Shown piece after piece: positions 38,235 through 49,825 of a stretch of 64,000 nucleotides of DNA. This DNA is from Candidatus Latescibacterota bacterium (GTDB taxonomy: Bacteria > Latescibacterota > CBDEFO01): the NCBI GenBank assembly GCA_965248755.1, contig OZ252149.1:128001-192000 (forward strand), read 5' to 3'. Each line of letters starts with the position of its first letter. Position 1 is the first letter of the stretch. A program made the position numbers and the translations under genes. Below the pieces are notes generated by a model. It searched no databases. It worked only from the letters and a program-made list of their open reading frames with translations, and was not told the origin of the DNA.

Positions 38235-39841
38235 CCGACATTCCCCATATCACATTCATGAGGGATTATATTTCGATACATTCTTGTTTCTGAATTAATA
38301 TTACCACTTTTACATTTTTCAACAAGTACTTTTTTCAATTAAAATAGTATTTTCCTCTGAATTATCACTTTCTTTGTGTTTAAATCCTCCAATTAGAGAC
38401 ACCTCTCCATCGACTCACAAAAAAATGTGGCAGTTTAAACAGAATAACATCGCAATCGTTCAATCCGGGATAATATTTCGGCAAATAACCTCTTGTCTAT
38501 CCCAACCTCAGCCATTTGAAACGTAATATATCCGCTGTGTCTGACAATCTTCGCTCCGATTTTGATAAATTTCACGAGGAGGCTGCGTAGTGACCAGTGT
38601 TTGATTTTCTTCGGAAGAACAAAACGTCGCAGGAAGTTGCCCAAGTTGTAAGCCAGAACAAACAGCCAGAGCCTCACCTGATTGGAGACGAAACGCTTGC
38701 ATGAGAGTCGGGTCCAGTTCAGAGCATACTTGCCCTCCTTAATCCACTGCTCAGCTCTGCCACGGCCATTGTAGAAGTGTACCACGCCTTCTGGCTTGGC
38801 GCTCATGTTGGTCACGATAAATCCCACTCTTGGGAATAACTCCCCTTGGTGCCATTCAACCTTGGCGACCACTCGCCTCGATTGATCCCAACTGGCCGCT
38901 TTATATTGAAATTCATATAACGATACAATCGGTTTCCTCGGCGGTCGTCCAACTGGCCGAGTCAGCAGGTATCGTATCTTTTCATAGAGTATCTCATTTG
39001 CGGGAAGCCGAATGGCATACAAATAGCCGTTTCCCTCCAGATAATCATAAATCTCAGGCTTTGCGAATGCAGCATCGCCTCGAAAGTATTTCCTATTCTT
39101 CTTGCTCTCGTATCTCTTGACGATCGGTTCCAGAACTTCCTTCCAACGATCAGCACTGTGAACATTACCAGAGCGAAGTAGGACTCCTTCACAATCCCCG
39201 AACTGATTGAAGCAGAACACTGGATGAAAACAGGTACATCCGAAATGACCGTTGTAAGCTGATCCTTCCTGCTGGCCATGTACCGGACTCTCCGAACTGT
39301 CCATGTCCAGAATGATTCGTTGATGCTGTGTTTTACTCATCGCTTTTTGAACCCACTTGCCATTGATATCTGACAAGTTTCTGAGATTGTCATGCTGAGT
39401 CAGTATATCAGTTTCAAAACGTCCTATCGTGTTGGAGCTGGCAGCTTGCCTGCCTTTGTCCTTCTTTCCGGTAATCGCTCGCATGACGGGATCAACGGAT
39501 AATCGCTCGGCGTCATTTACATCTTCATATCCTGCAAGACGGCTGTATATCGATTGACGCAGGAGAGTAGATATATCATGTTGGATATTACGGCCTGTGC
39601 GTTTATCGGTAAAAACCGCTGATACCGAATCAAATAATCCCAGTGCGTAATCAAGGTCACGATACGCAAGAAGTCCACCGTTTGATGTCACCTTTGCACC
39701 ATGAAATTCAAGCTTTATTCCTCCATCAAAACCTACTTTCATTCTTTCACCCTCTGGATGATCAATATTTATCCGCCATTTATGAGTCTTATTTATTGTA
39801 ATATAACATGTTCTGGCGACTTTGACAACCATTTTTCGGGT
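38235..39841 (-). mobile_element. IS1380 family insertion sequence
   Basis: Intact transposase; ends ACCCGAAAAATGG and ATGGGGAATGTCGG; right end repeated at 686 and 63152. Confidence 0.92.
38435..39742 (-). CDS. IS1380 family DDE transposase
   Basis: VTSNGGLL, GYEDVND, ILDMDSS..PVHGQQEG..YNGH, FRGDAAF, FYNGRGRAEQWIKEGK. Confidence 0.95.
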   Translation of the reverse strand: MKVGFDGGIKLEFHGAKVTSNGGLLAYRDLDYALGLFDSVSAVFTDKRTGRNIQHDISTLLRQSIYSRLAGYEDVNDAERLSVDPVMRAITGKKDKGRQAASSNTIGRFETDILTQHDNLRNLSDINGKWVQKAMSKTQHQRIILDMDSSESPVHGQQEGSAYNGHFGCTCFHPVFCFNQFGDCEGVLLRSGNVHSADRWKEVLEPIVKRYESKKNRKYFRGDAAFAKPEIYDYLEGNGYLYAIRLPANEILYEKIRYLLTRPVGRPPRKPIVSLYEFQYKAASWDQSRRVVAKVEWHQGELFPRVGFIVTNMSAKPEGVVHFYNGRGRAEQWIKEGKYALNWTRLSCKRFVSNQVRLWLFVLAYNLGNFLRRFVLPKKIKHWSLRSLLVKFIKIGAKIVRHSGYITFQMAEVGIDKRLFAEILSRIERLRCYSV

Positions 39842-40599
39842 CTAATATGGCGAATGGGGGCTAACTTTCGTTTCATACTTTTTCCGCGCTTTCTTCTGGT
39901 CCCCCTTTTCAAATTCTATGAGCCCGCCTTTGTCAAAGTAGTGGACTTCCGTCTCGGCCGTAGCCCCTGTCTTTGTCTGAATGATAACATCTGTGCCTGG
40001 CGGCGTATCTGCATCCCACTCTATAGAAACCAGATTCTTTGAAGTCCCCAGCTCTATAAAAGGGGATGCTTCCACAAAAGGTAGACTCGATCTGAGACTC
40101 CGGCATGAAGCCCTCGCCGAATAACTGTAGCTGCGCTAACGCATTTTGTCCTGTCCCCCGTCCTGGAAACGCTGGGTAGGTAAATTTGAAAAATTTGACT
40201 TTCGTAATCTCGAATTTTTCGTCGTGATATGAATCACGTACGTTTATTCCGCTCTTCGACGCCACAGTCTTAAAGACTAAGCCCCCATCAGCACCCCCGG
40301 AGCCGTCCGACACCTGCAGTTTGTATAGTTCAAATCCGCCGGGGAGGAATTGGAGCGACATAATTATGCGGGCGTTATCTAAAAAGAAGGCGCCTCCAAG
40401 GTCTAAAAACAAGTCCCGCTCGACTTCCCGAGACTTGTGAGCCGCCAGCAGGTCAGGATCAAAACCGGTCTGGCCGATAAAGATATCCGTTAGATCGCCA
40501 TTGACTGCGCGGTCTTAATTCCTCTCTTCAGGGCTTGACAATTTGACCTGCCTTCTCAAACCCCAATTTGCGAAATATTTGTCGCTCTGTCAAGGGAAG

Positions 40600-40701
40600 C
40601 GGTATGCGCCTGGAGAATTCGAGGCACAGTATGAAGCACAAAATTGCAAAACACTTGCTTAACCCGTCCGATTTCGTGCTCAGAAAAATGGGTTCATGTC
40701 A
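40600..40701 (+). mobile_element. IS3-family right-end remnant, second copy
   Basis: YAPGEFEAQYE; CAGAAAAATGGGTTCATGTCA. Confidence 0.6.
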
Positions 40702-40756
40702 CATTTAGGCAACTTTATTTATTGCAAAGAGGTCATTATGACTGCATATTTAAGGT

Positions 40757-41170
40757 GTGCCAAAATGTATCTACTTTAGGTGCACCAAATTTTGGAAACT
40801 GTCGGATGGTCGATATCGTTGTGAACGATGCCGAAGAAGCTACCGTTTCCGAGCCAATACTTACTGGTATAGGAGCAAGATTTCTCCCTATTGGAAGGGG
40901 ACGTTTCTTGAGTTTTTTTGTCTTGCGGTTCCAGCTTATCGCTTAAGGTTCCGAGTTCCAGTACATCTACATACTATTGAACGTTTCTACCATATGGTAC
41001 GTCTTGCTGTCTATCAAAGCTCTCTGGAGGAGTTGAGGTTCCTATCCGGAGAGATGAGACTATGTTCGGTGGCAAGAGACCAGGTAAACCAGGTTGGGGT
41101 GCCGAAGGTAAGGTTATTGTCCCCGGTTGAATCTATCGGGGATGCAGAACTCCACAAGAATGGGAAAGAA
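40757..41170 (+). pseudogene. IS1595-family transposase remnant
   Basis: Zn-ribbon (C..CT...RYRCERCR), then after a frameshift DETMFGGKRPGKPGWGAEGKVIV; interrupted by the 21-bp palindrome at 41121-41141. Confidence 0.75.
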
Positions 41171-41330
41171 GATTTTATCTGCCGCCTCAGGGTGCTCAAT
41201 TGATGTCGCTTTTCAGGGGAGCACTACAGTTTTGATTACACGAAACAATAAAAAGAAAATGCGATCACGCTTTGTCACGCACCTCACAATTACACTGTCC
41301 ATCGCACGGCAGTAGATCCTCCGGGAAACG

Positions 41331-42189
41331 TTAAGCTCCTGTTTCAAAACCAGGGTACAGGGTCATGCCGCCATCCACAAACAGGTTGATGCCCGTCACA
41401 TAGTCGGCGTGGCCGAAGCGAGCCAGACAGCTGTCCGCCCGATGTCATCCACCTCGCCAATCCGGTTGTACGGTACCAATTCCACAAGCTCGTTGTACGC
41501 CTCGGATGTGCTCCAGACGTCCGTATTAATCGGGGTACGAATCGCTCCCTGTGAAATGCTGTTGACCCGAATGCGATAAGGTGCCACTTCCTGTGCGATG
41601 CTTTTCATAATCAGCATCACACCGGCCTTGGAAGCGGCGTAATTCACATGTCCGGCCCAAGGAATCACTTCATGAACGGAACTGATGCAGATGATCTTGC
41701 CCGATGCGCAGGAAACCTCCACCACCACACCCCGGCGCTTGAATTCACGTAGCGCTCCCCGGGCACAGAGGAATTGACCGGTCAGATTGACGTTGATCAC
41801 CGTGTTCCATTGTGCCAGCGTCATGTCTTCAAAAGGTGCATCTTGCTGCAGTCCTGCGTCATTGACCAGAATGTCGATCGTGCCTAACGTCTGGAACGTG
41901 TGCTGAAACATGGCCTGAACCTGATCTTCATGGGAAACATCCGCCTGGTGTGCATAGGCCTGCCTGCCACAGCGTCTAATCTCATATATGACTTCCAGTG
42001 CGGCTGCTTCGCCGGAGACATAGTTCACGACCACGTCCGCGCCCGCCTGGCCCAGGGCGATGGCGATCCCTTTGCCGATGCCCGAGCTGGCACCGGTACC
42101 AGGGCTTTTTGTCCCTTCAGGATCTTTTCGATAGGGCACGCCGGCATCACAACGTCTGGGAGGTTCTTCTCCCGTTCGGGAGTACTCAT
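41331..42189 (-). pseudogene. Glucose 1-dehydrogenase-like SDR, frameshifted
   Basis: TGASSGIG, SSVHEVIPWAGHVNYAASK, YVTGINLFVDGGMTLYPGF; frameshifts near 42100 and 41400. Confidence 0.85.
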
Positions 42190-42316
42190 GTTCAATTCCC
42201 CTTTTGTTGTTCGATCTCTGACCGCCCTTTTGATCGTTCTTATCCCCAAGGCTGTAACAATTTTGCCGACAGACCCGCCCAGCCGATCTGACGCGAGGCA
42301 CCCCCACGCCTTGCCG

Positions 42317-44980
42317 TCATCCCCCTGATTGTTGGATCAGCTTCGCCACCAGGCCCGTCCAGCCGGTCTGGTGGCTGGCGCCTAAGCCCGCGCCGCTGTC
42401 TCCGTGGAAGTACTCGTTGAAAAGGATAAGATCACGCCAATGGGGGTCTTCCTGGAAAATGCGCTGCCCGCCGTAAATGGGCCGCTCCCCCGCGTCATTG
42501 CAGAGGAAGAGTCGCATCAGTCGTTTGGATAGCTCCGAGGCAACCTCGCCCAGGGTCATCATCTCTCCAGATCCTGTGGGACACTCCACCTTCAGGTCGT
42601 CACCGTAGTAGTGATGGAATTTTTGCAGGGATTCTATTATCAGGTAGTTGATCGGGAACCAGATGGGGCCACGCCAGTTTGAGTTGCCGCCGAAGAGGCC
42701 GCTTTCAGACTCGGCCGGTTGGTAGCTTACCGTGTGGGCGTGACCATCGACGTAGAAACTGTAGGGGTGGGCATGGTGATATTTTGAAACAGACCGAATG
42801 CCATAATCAGAGAGAAACTCATTTTCGTCGAGCATCCTGTGTAAGACTCGCACTAACTGCTCCCGGGTTAAGATAGCCAACAGCCGTCGCTCGCCGACGC
42901 CGGAGACATCGATGCTGGCCATGTTGCCGCTCAGATGGGGGCGATTGTCCACAAACCAGTGCAGCCGCCGGTTGAAATCAGGGATTGTTTCCAGGACTTC
43001 CGGCTCGATGGTCTCGACCGTGAAGAGGGGCAGCAAGCCGACCAATGAGCGAACCTTCAGCGGAATGATGCTGCCGTCCGGCAGGTGGAGCGCATCGTAG
43101 AAAAAGCCATCTTCCTCATCCCACAGGCCATGCTCTTGCCCACCGCAATTGGTCATCGCGTGGGCGATGCGCAGAAAGTGTTCAAAGAACTTGGTGGCCG
43201 TGTCCTGGTAGACGGGGTTCTCCCGGGCCAATTCCAGGGCTATCTTCAACATCGTCAGGCAGTAGGCCCCCATCCAGGCCGTGCTGTCCGACTGGTCGAT
43301 GTGCCCCCCGGTGGGCAAAGAAGTGCTGCGGTCAAAGACAGCGATGTTATCCAGGCCCAGAAAGCCACCCTGGAAAATGTTGTTGCCGTCCTCGTCTTTG
43401 CGGTTCACCCACCAAGTAAAGTTCAGGAGCAGCTTGTGGAAAACGCTTTCCAGGAAGTCGCGGTCAGGGCGTCCCTGCTGCTTGGCCTCGATTTTGTAGA
43501 CCCGCCAGATGGCCCACGCGTGCACCGGAGGATTGACATCACCGAAGGCCCACTCATAAGCCGGTAACTGGCCGTTGGGATGCATATACCACTCGCGGCT
43601 CATCAATTCCAGTTGCCGCTTGGCAAAATCGGGATCAACCAGGGCCAGGGAAATACAATGAAAAGCCAGGTCCCATGTCGCGTACCAGGGATACTCCCAC
43701 TTGTCGGGCATAGAGATCACATCGAAGTTGGTGAGATGCTCCCAGTCGTGGTTGCGCCTGTGCCGGCGAGAGGCTGGCGATGGCGCTGTTCCCGGATCGC
43801 CGTTGAGCCATTGTTCAACGTCGTAGTAATAAAGCTGCTTAGACCAGAGCATGCCGGCCAGGGCCTGGCGCTGCACCCCTCTCTCGTCCTCCCCCAGATT
43901 TGGGTTTTGAACGGCGGCGTAGAATTCGTCCGCTTCGTTCATGCGCTGCTCGAATACTTTGTCGAAGTTCTGGAAAGGCACTTTGCCGGCAATATTTGAG
44001 AGGCGCAGGCGGAGGGTTAGCGACTCGCCTGGAGCAATAGTGCCGCCGTACAGCGCTGTGACTTTGGTGCCTTGTCGGTTGGAGTTGACCGCCGCTACCT
44101 CACCGTCGATGAGATAGCTGCCAAACGCGTCTTTGACGTAGGGGCTGGCGTTGGGTAGACCGTAGAGCCGCTCGGCGTTCGTCTCGTTGTCGGTGAAGAG
44201 GAGGTCGGGTTCACCCTCGGCGTAGAGATAGTGAGTCCCGGCGGTTGGGTGACTGGCCTTGACTGAGGACACACCCTTGGGCCCTTCAATCTGCTGCAGA
44301 CCCGGTTTGCCTGACACGTCGTTCATCGGGCCGGCTTCGTAGCCCCAGCTCCAGGTGTTGCGGAACCAGAGCGTCGGCAGAACGCGGCAATCAGCCGCCT
44401 CCCGCCCGCGATTGATGACGGTGATGTTGATCAGGATGTCCTCCTGAGCGGCCTTGGCATATTCGATGAATATGTCGAAATAACGGTTGTCCGCGAAGAC
44501 CCCCGTGTCGAGTAGTTCGTACTCGGAATCGTGAAAGCCGCGCCGCCCGTTCTCAGCGACCAGATTGACGTAGGGAAAGGCGGACTGGGGATACTTGTAG
44601 AGCATCTTCATGTAGCTGTGGGTCGGCGTACTGTCGAGATAGAAATAATACTCCTTAACATCCTCGCCGTGGTTGCCCTCCTGTCCGGTCAGGCCGAACA
44701 ACCGCTCCTTGAGGATCGGATCCCGCCCATTCCAGAGGGCCAGCGCAAAACAAAGGTACTGATTGCGGTCGCAGATACCGGCCAGGCCGTCTTCATTCCA
44801 GCGATAGGCTTTGCTTCGGGCGTGGTCGTGGGGGAGGAAGTCCCAAGCCGTACCATACTCACTGTAATCTTCGCGCACCGTCCCCCAGGACCGCTCGCTC
44901 AGGTATGGTCCCCACTTCTTCCAGTTGGCTTTGCGCTCTCGGTGGGCGGCGAGCCGTTTGTGTTCAGCGGTATGTTTCAT
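42317..44980 (-). CDS. GH63-like (MGH1) glycoside hydrolase/glucosidase
   Basis: [57 protein letters not shown]. Confidence 0.92.
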   Translation of the reverse strand: MKHTAEHKRLAAHRERKANWKKWGPYLSERSWGTVREDYSEYGTAWDFLPHDHARSKAYRWNEDGLAGICDRNQYLCFALALWNGRDPILKERLFGLTGQEGNHGEDVKEYYFYLDSTPTHSYMKMLYKYPQSAFPYVNLVAENGRRGFHDSEYELLDTGVFADNRYFDIFIEYAKAAQEDILINITVINRGREAADCRVLPTLWFRNTWSWGYEAGPMNDVSGKPGLQQIEGPKGVSSVKASHPTAGTHYLYAEGEPDLLFTDNETNAERLYGLPNASPYVKDAFGSYLIDGEVAAVNSNRQGTKVTALYGGTIAPGESLTLRLRLSNIAGKVPFQNFDKVFEQRMNEADEFYAAVQNPNLGEDERGVQRQALAGMLWSKQLYYYDVEQWLNGDPGTAPSPASRRHRRNHDWEHLTNFDVISMPDKWEYPWYATWDLAFHCISLALVDPDFAKRQLELMSREWYMHPNGQLPAYEWAFGDVNPPVHAWAIWRVYKIEAKQQGRPDRDFLESVFHKLLLNFTWWVNRKDEDGNNIFQGGFLGLDNIAVFDRSTSLPTGGHIDQSDSTAWMGAYCLTMLKIALELARENPVYQDTATKFFEHFLRIAHAMTNCGGQEHGLWDEEDGFFYDALHLPDGSIIPLKVRSLVGLLPLFTVETIEPEVLETIPDFNRRLHWFVDNRPHLSGNMASIDVSGVGERRLLAILTREQLVRVLHRMLDENEFLSDYGIRSVSKYHHAHPYSFYVDGHAHTVSYQPAESESGLFGGNSNWRGPIWFPINYLIIESLQKFHHYYGDDLKVECPTGSGEMMTLGEVASELSKRLMRLFLCNDAGERPIYGGQRIFQEDPHWRDLILFNEYFHGDSGAGLGASHQTGWTGLVAKLIQQSGG

Positions 44981-45045
44981 GGTGCACTCCTCCGTATTCA
45001 GCCAGTGATTCACGTGAAATGTGATGTGTGAATAACTCTTACTTA

Positions 45046-47073
45046 TCACGCATCAGGTAACTCTCTCCAGGCCCGCAGCACCTCCGACACGCTCCAGCCC
45101 TGAGCGAAACATCCGCGCGCCGTGTGGGGAGGGTCGCCGTCGAAAATCTCGCTGATGGAGCCCACACAGGCGTCGAACAGGTGGTATTCCAAGCCGGATA
45201 AGAAGGACTGTGCAAGGGTCACGTCGCCGTAGACCCGGTAGTGGGCGGCCACGAACGGGCCGAGAATCCAGCCCCAGACGGTGCCCTGGTGATAGGCGCC
45301 GTCGCGTTGGAGGGAGCCACCACCGTAGTGCCCCGTGTAGGCCGGGTCTTCATCTGCCAAGCTGCGTAAGCCGTGAGAAGTCAAGAGATGACGGGCGCAG
45401 ATGTCGACGACGGCTTGGGCCTGGGTGTCGCTCAGCAACGAGAAAGGCAGGGAGACGGCGAAAATCTGGTTGGGACGTATGCTGCGGTCGTACCGTTTTC
45501 CATTGGGACCAGGGGCTCCTTCCGGGCCATCAATGACGTCGTACAGGTACCTGCCCGCCTCAAACCAGAACCGCTTTCGAAAGATGTTGGCCATCAGATC
45601 GGCCTGCTCGCGGTACTGCTTGGCTGCTTTCAACTTGCGCAGTCGCTCCGACAGGTCTGCCATCACCCGCAGGGCGTTGTGCCACAGGGCATTGACCTCG
45701 ACCGGCTTGCCGATACGGGGAGTGACCACCCAATCGCCCACTTTGGCATCCATCCAGGTCAATTGTACCCCCGGCTCACCGGCAAAGAGCAGGCCATCGG
45801 TGGGGTCAACGTGGATGTTGTAGCGAGTGCCGCGTCTGTGCCAGTCAATAATGTCGGCCAGGGTCGGATAGAGTTCTCTGGCCAGGGTTATGTCACCTGT
45901 GTGAAGCAAGTGCTGGTGGATGGCGTGGAAATACCAGAGGGTGGCATCAACCGTGTTATACTCCGGTGGCTCGCCGGTATCGGGGAAGCGGTTGGGCAGC
46001 ATCCCTTGGCTCACGTGCCCAGCGAAGGTGCGCAGGATGCTGGCGGCGACCTCGGGCCGTTTCGTGGAGAGGGTCAGCCCCGGCAGCGCGATCATCGTAT
46101 CACGTCCCCAGTCGCCGAACCAGGGATAACCAGCGATCACGGTCTTCATTTCTTCAGTGCCACTTGAAGGGCTCTCGTCTCCATGTGCACGTTGCACAAT
46201 GAACTGGTCGGCGGCCAGCGCCAGGTGGCTGATCCAAGCCGGTTCGTCGACGGATGTGTCTGCCAATAGCGCGGCTTGTCGCTGGCGCTCCTGTTGCAGT
46301 GCCTCGAGCCCGATTTGGGTCTCGGCTATCTCCGCCGAACAAACGACGGTGAGTGTCTCGCCAGGGTTGAGGATCACGTTGAAATGACCCGGTGCGAAGA
46401 GGTCTTCGGTATCATCCAGTCCCCGGTAGCTTTCAAGCCGGTGCTTGAAGTTAAAGTACCAATCTCCAGTAGGGCAAAATTCACCCCGGTCGGCTACGAC
46501 CCGATAAGGCCGAGCGCCATCAAAGGCCTTGACTTCAAAGCCCCCGGTCACAGGATCATACGCAAGATGCCAGTCTCCGTGACGATGGCTGTGGTAGTCA
46601 CGATAGGTGCAGAGGGGAGTCAGCCGCAACGATAGAGGGTTTGCAGCCCTGGTCAGGGTGTAAGTGATGTAGGTTATATTGTGTCCGTAGGCCATCCAGA
46701 CTCGTTGCTCCAGGCGAGCATCGGCCAGAGCATAGACCCAAACCGGGATCAGGCCCTCCAGATGAAACGTTTCCAGGTGCCGATAACCGTGCGGATCAAT
46801 AGTGCCGTCGGCGAACTCGTTGACGAAGAGGGGATAGGGCTTATCATTGTACTCAGCAACCGCATCGATCTTGGCCACTAACACAGTCCGTTCCAGGGGA
46901 GGGCGGAGGGCGGCCACGAGCAGGCCGTGGTAGCGACGGGTGTTAGCCCCGCTCACGGTGCCCGCCCCGAACCCGCCCAGGCCATTGGTGACCAGCCATT
47001 CTTTATCGAAAGCTCTCTCAAAGCGACCACATTCGGCCCGCCCTAAAGCAATATATCGTGCAGGTTGTTCCAT
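45046..47073 (-). CDS. Amylo-alpha-1,6-glucosidase (archaeal-type glycogen debranching enzyme)
   Basis: [49 protein letters not shown]. Confidence 0.92.
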   Translation of the reverse strand: MEQPARYIALGRAECGRFERAFDKEWLVTNGLGGFGAGTVSGANTRRYHGLLVAALRPPLERTVLVAKIDAVAEYNDKPYPLFVNEFADGTIDPHGYRHLETFHLEGLIPVWVYALADARLEQRVWMAYGHNITYITYTLTRAANPLSLRLTPLCTYRDYHSHRHGDWHLAYDPVTGGFEVKAFDGARPYRVVADRGEFCPTGDWYFNFKHRLESYRGLDDTEDLFAPGHFNVILNPGETLTVVCSAEIAETQIGLEALQQERQRQAALLADTSVDEPAWISHLALAADQFIVQRAHGDESPSSGTEEMKTVIAGYPWFGDWGRDTMIALPGLTLSTKRPEVAASILRTFAGHVSQGMLPNRFPDTGEPPEYNTVDATLWYFHAIHQHLLHTGDITLARELYPTLADIIDWHRRGTRYNIHVDPTDGLLFAGEPGVQLTWMDAKVGDWVVTPRIGKPVEVNALWHNALRVMADLSERLRKLKAAKQYREQADLMANIFRKRFWFEAGRYLYDVIDGPEGAPGPNGKRYDRSIRPNQIFAVSLPFSLLSDTQAQAVVDICARHLLTSHGLRSLADEDPAYTGHYGGGSLQRDGAYHQGTVWGWILGPFVAAHYRVYGDVTLAQSFLSGLEYHLFDACVGSISEIFDGDPPHTARGCFAQGWSVSEVLRAWRELPDA

Positions 47074-47247
47074 CGACTCCCCCAGATATACAAATACCGC
47101 CAGGTCCGGATGCACCGTCTTTATCTGTTGCAAGGCCGCTTTGACATCTGAGGCGACCACAACGCGGTACCCCTCGTCCTCAACCGGCATCGTGAACAAG
47201 CCCATCCAGATGACCGGATAGACGTTATTATGTCTGCAGGCGATCTT

Positions 47248-48000
47248 TCAGTCCGTTGGTCCTAAAGCTGCTTCATCGAGAAACCAGACGGTTCCTCCTC
47301 TGCCACTGGAGCGGGTCATGGCGGCGGGATACCACTCCCTTGCCCTCTTCGGGTCTCTCAGGATCGTTTGCACGACCTTCTGTTTTTCGGATCCTGACAC
47401 AAGAAGAAACATGTGTCTTGCGCGGTTGAGCACTGGCAGTGTCAACGTGACTCGGCTGCGTATCGCGTACTCCGCAGGGGCGTGAACAGGTTTAACCCAG
47501 CGTCCCTGCTCCTGCAAGACGCTGTCGCCCGGGAACAGCGAGGCTGTGTGGCCGTCTGCCCCCACCCCAAGCAGGACCACATCCAGGACAGGAGACGTGT
47601 GGCCAAGGAATTCACGGAGTGTTATCTCGTAAGCTTCGGCCGCTCTTTCAGGGGTGTCCAGCTCGACGGGGATGCGATGCACCTGGTGCGGTGGGATCTG
47701 GATCTTTGAAATCAACGTCTCGTAGGCCATGCCGAAGTTGCTCTCGGGATGATCTGGAGGCACACAGCGCTCATCGCCCCAGAAGAGGTGAACCCCGCTC
47801 CAGGGAATGTGCTCACGATATGCCTCTGCCAGGATCTGATAGAGTTGCCTCGGCGTATTTCCTCCAGCCAAACCTAATGCAAAGCGACCTCTCTTAGCCA
47901 CGGCTATGAGGGCCAGCTCCCCCAGCCTTTCTGCGGCTGCCCGGCTTAGGGACGCCAGGTCTGGATGCACACAGACCTCAGGGCTCACGTGATTTCCCAT
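47248..48000 (-). CDS. pgl: 6-phosphogluconolactonase
   Basis: LAGGNTP, FWGDERCVPPDHPESN, GADGHTASLFP, RVTLTLP. Confidence 0.93.
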   Translation of the reverse strand: MGNHVSPEVCVHPDLASLSRAAAERLGELALIAVAKRGRFALGLAGGNTPRQLYQILAEAYREHIPWSGVHLFWGDERCVPPDHPESNFGMAYETLISKIQIPPHQVHRIPVELDTPERAAEAYEITLREFLGHTSPVLDVVLLGVGADGHTASLFPGDSVLQEQGRWVKPVHAPAEYAIRSRVTLTLPVLNRARHMFLLVSGSEKQKVVQTILRDPKRAREWYPAAMTRSSGRGGTVWFLDEAALGPTD

Positions 48001-48059
48001 CGGTGTCTCCTCTTAGCCAGGAGGTTTCGACTTCAGCCTCGTGTACAAAGATCGTCTGA

Positions 48060-48235
48060 TTCCCTTTCATGACATCCAGATCCGCTTTCCGGGCCACGCC
48101 AATGGTCAAACAGGGATCGATCAGAATCCCCTGGGCCGTCAGGTGGTAGACGGCCGGGAGCAGCTTACGGCGCGTGAGGTCGCCCGTCACGCCCAGGATC
48201 ACAAAGAGGTGGGGTTCGATACTGGCGTTGGGCAT
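48060..48235 (-). pseudogene. zwf: Glucose-6-phosphate dehydrogenase N-terminal remnant
   Basis: FVILGVTGDLTRRKLLPAVYHL...IGVAR; remainder deleted. Confidence 0.8.
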
Positions 48236-48238
48236 GGA

Positions 48239-49143
48239 CTACAACTCCTCCTTGATCTCATGACCTCCGAACTGATGGCGCATAGCAGCCAGCAACTTGT
48301 CACTGAAAGGCGCTTTTTCTCGGGAGCGAAAACGACGCTCCAGCGCCAGGGTGATGACAGGAATGGAACAGTTCAATTCGATCGCCTCGACCACCGTCCA
48401 GCGTCCCTCACCAGAATCGGATACTTAGGCAGCGATGCCCTCCAGGGTGGGGTCCTCATCCTTCGCCTTTGCAGTCAGATCCAGCAGCCAGGAGCGCACC
48501 ACGCTGCCGTCACGCCAGATTTCAGCGATCTGGTGCAAGTCCAGGCCGAACTCTGTCTTGTGCTGCATCAATTCAAATCCCTCAGCATAAGCCTGCATCA
48601 GGCCATATTCGATGCCGTTGTGCACCATCTTCACGAAGTGGCCTGCGCCGTTGGGACCGACGTGCCCCCAACCCTTGTCTGACGCCGGGGCCAGCGTCTC
48701 GAAGATCGGGCGCAGCCGTTCTACAGATATTACCTCGCCGCCGACCATCAGACTGTAGCCCCCGGTCAGCCCCCACACGCCGCCACTGGTACCCACGTCC
48801 ACGAAATGCAGTTCCCTCTCTTGGAGCATGTCCGCACGCCGCAGCGAGTCCTTGTAATTGCTGTTGCCACCATCCACCACCGTGTCGCCGGGCGTTAGAT
48901 GCTCGGCCAGCTCCTTGATCGTCTGCTCCGTAGGGTCCCCGGCTGGCACCATGATCCACACGACTCGCGGCGTCTGCAATTGTTCCGTCACCTCGCCCAG
49001 GGTACACGCCCCTTCCGCGCCTTCGCCCTCGGCCGCCTGAATCGCAGACTCATTCAAATCGTAGGCAAAAACCTGGTGACCACCGCGCAGCAAGTGCGTG
49101 GTTATATTGGCACCCATCCTGCCTAAACCGACATTTCCAGTTC
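48239..49143 (-). pseudogene. gnd: 6-phosphogluconate dehydrogenase (short decarboxylating type), disrupted
   Basis: GLGRMG, MVPAG, DGGNS, GHFVKMVHNGIEYG; in-frame TAA at 48425-48427, then VSDSGEGRWT...QFGGH; 5' frameshift. Confidence 0.88.
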
Positions 49144-49225
49144 CCTAGCCTTGCTCCTTTCTTTAAAGGTCGATAGCGACCTGTTGATTGAGTTGGGTGA
49201 GGTCTACGTTCACTCTGCCCGCTCC

Positions 49226-49825
49226 TCAGTCTGGCTCCCGTTCCGCAGCCATCCGCCGTGCCACGGCGGTCAATGTGCTCGAATCGTCCACGATCCAGCG
49301 TTCGTCCAGACACTGTTCGGAGTGGACCGCCTGGCGGGCAAAGGGGGCGGTCACGGCAATACACCACATCTCTGTTGCTAACGTTGCCTTCACACCAGCG
49401 GGCGAATCCTCGATTACCAGACACTGGGCCGCGGGGATGCCCAGCTCACATGAAACCAAGAGATAGATTTCCGGGTCGGGCTCTCCCTGTTCCACGTCGT
49501 CGCGGCTGGCGACGAAGTCGAAGGCATTCCTCAGGTCTAGCACCTCCAGCACACGCCGCACCTGCACGAACGCCTGCCAGGGTGTGCTTACTCCAAATTC
49601 GGTCATACGCGCCCGGGCCGCATCTTTCAGACCGAACCGTTCCATTAACGCCGCGGCCACCTCCTGGCGCGAAAGGCCCACGACTTCTTTGAACGCCTCT
49701 ACAACCTGCGCTTCGGTGGGCATGCTGGGACAGAGTTCCACGGCGGTACGGGCATAGGAGATGGCTTTGAGCCGCTCTGCCTGCACCAATGTGCCGTCCA
49801 GATCAAAGATCATGTCCTGAATCAT
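49226..49825 (-). CDS. HAD-superfamily phosphatase (probable internal deletion)
   Basis: IFDLDGTLV, PDPEIY, IEDSPAGV. Confidence 0.75.
   Translation of the reverse strand: MIQDMIFDLDGTLVQAERLKAISYARTAVELCPSMPTEAQVVEAFKEVVGLSRQEVAAALMERFGLKDAARARMTEFGVSTPWQAFVQVRRVLEVLDLRNAFDFVASRDDVEQGEPDPEIYLLVSCELGIPAAQCLVIEDSPAGVKATLATEMWCIAVTAPFARQAVHSEQCLDERWIVDDSSTLTAVARRMAAEREPD

Larger units (their letters stand above)
36940..40515 (-). pseudogene. Large FlgD/CHU_C-domain protein gene, fragmented and interrupted by the IS1380 unit
   Basis: Fragments LDLGGAFFLD..., IELG...IEWDADTPPGT..IQTKTG, WSGWSQPY..SG..ITSPSPR, ITPNGDGIND...WAGVDKSG.LVPPGIY; several frameshifts. Confidence 0.8.
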
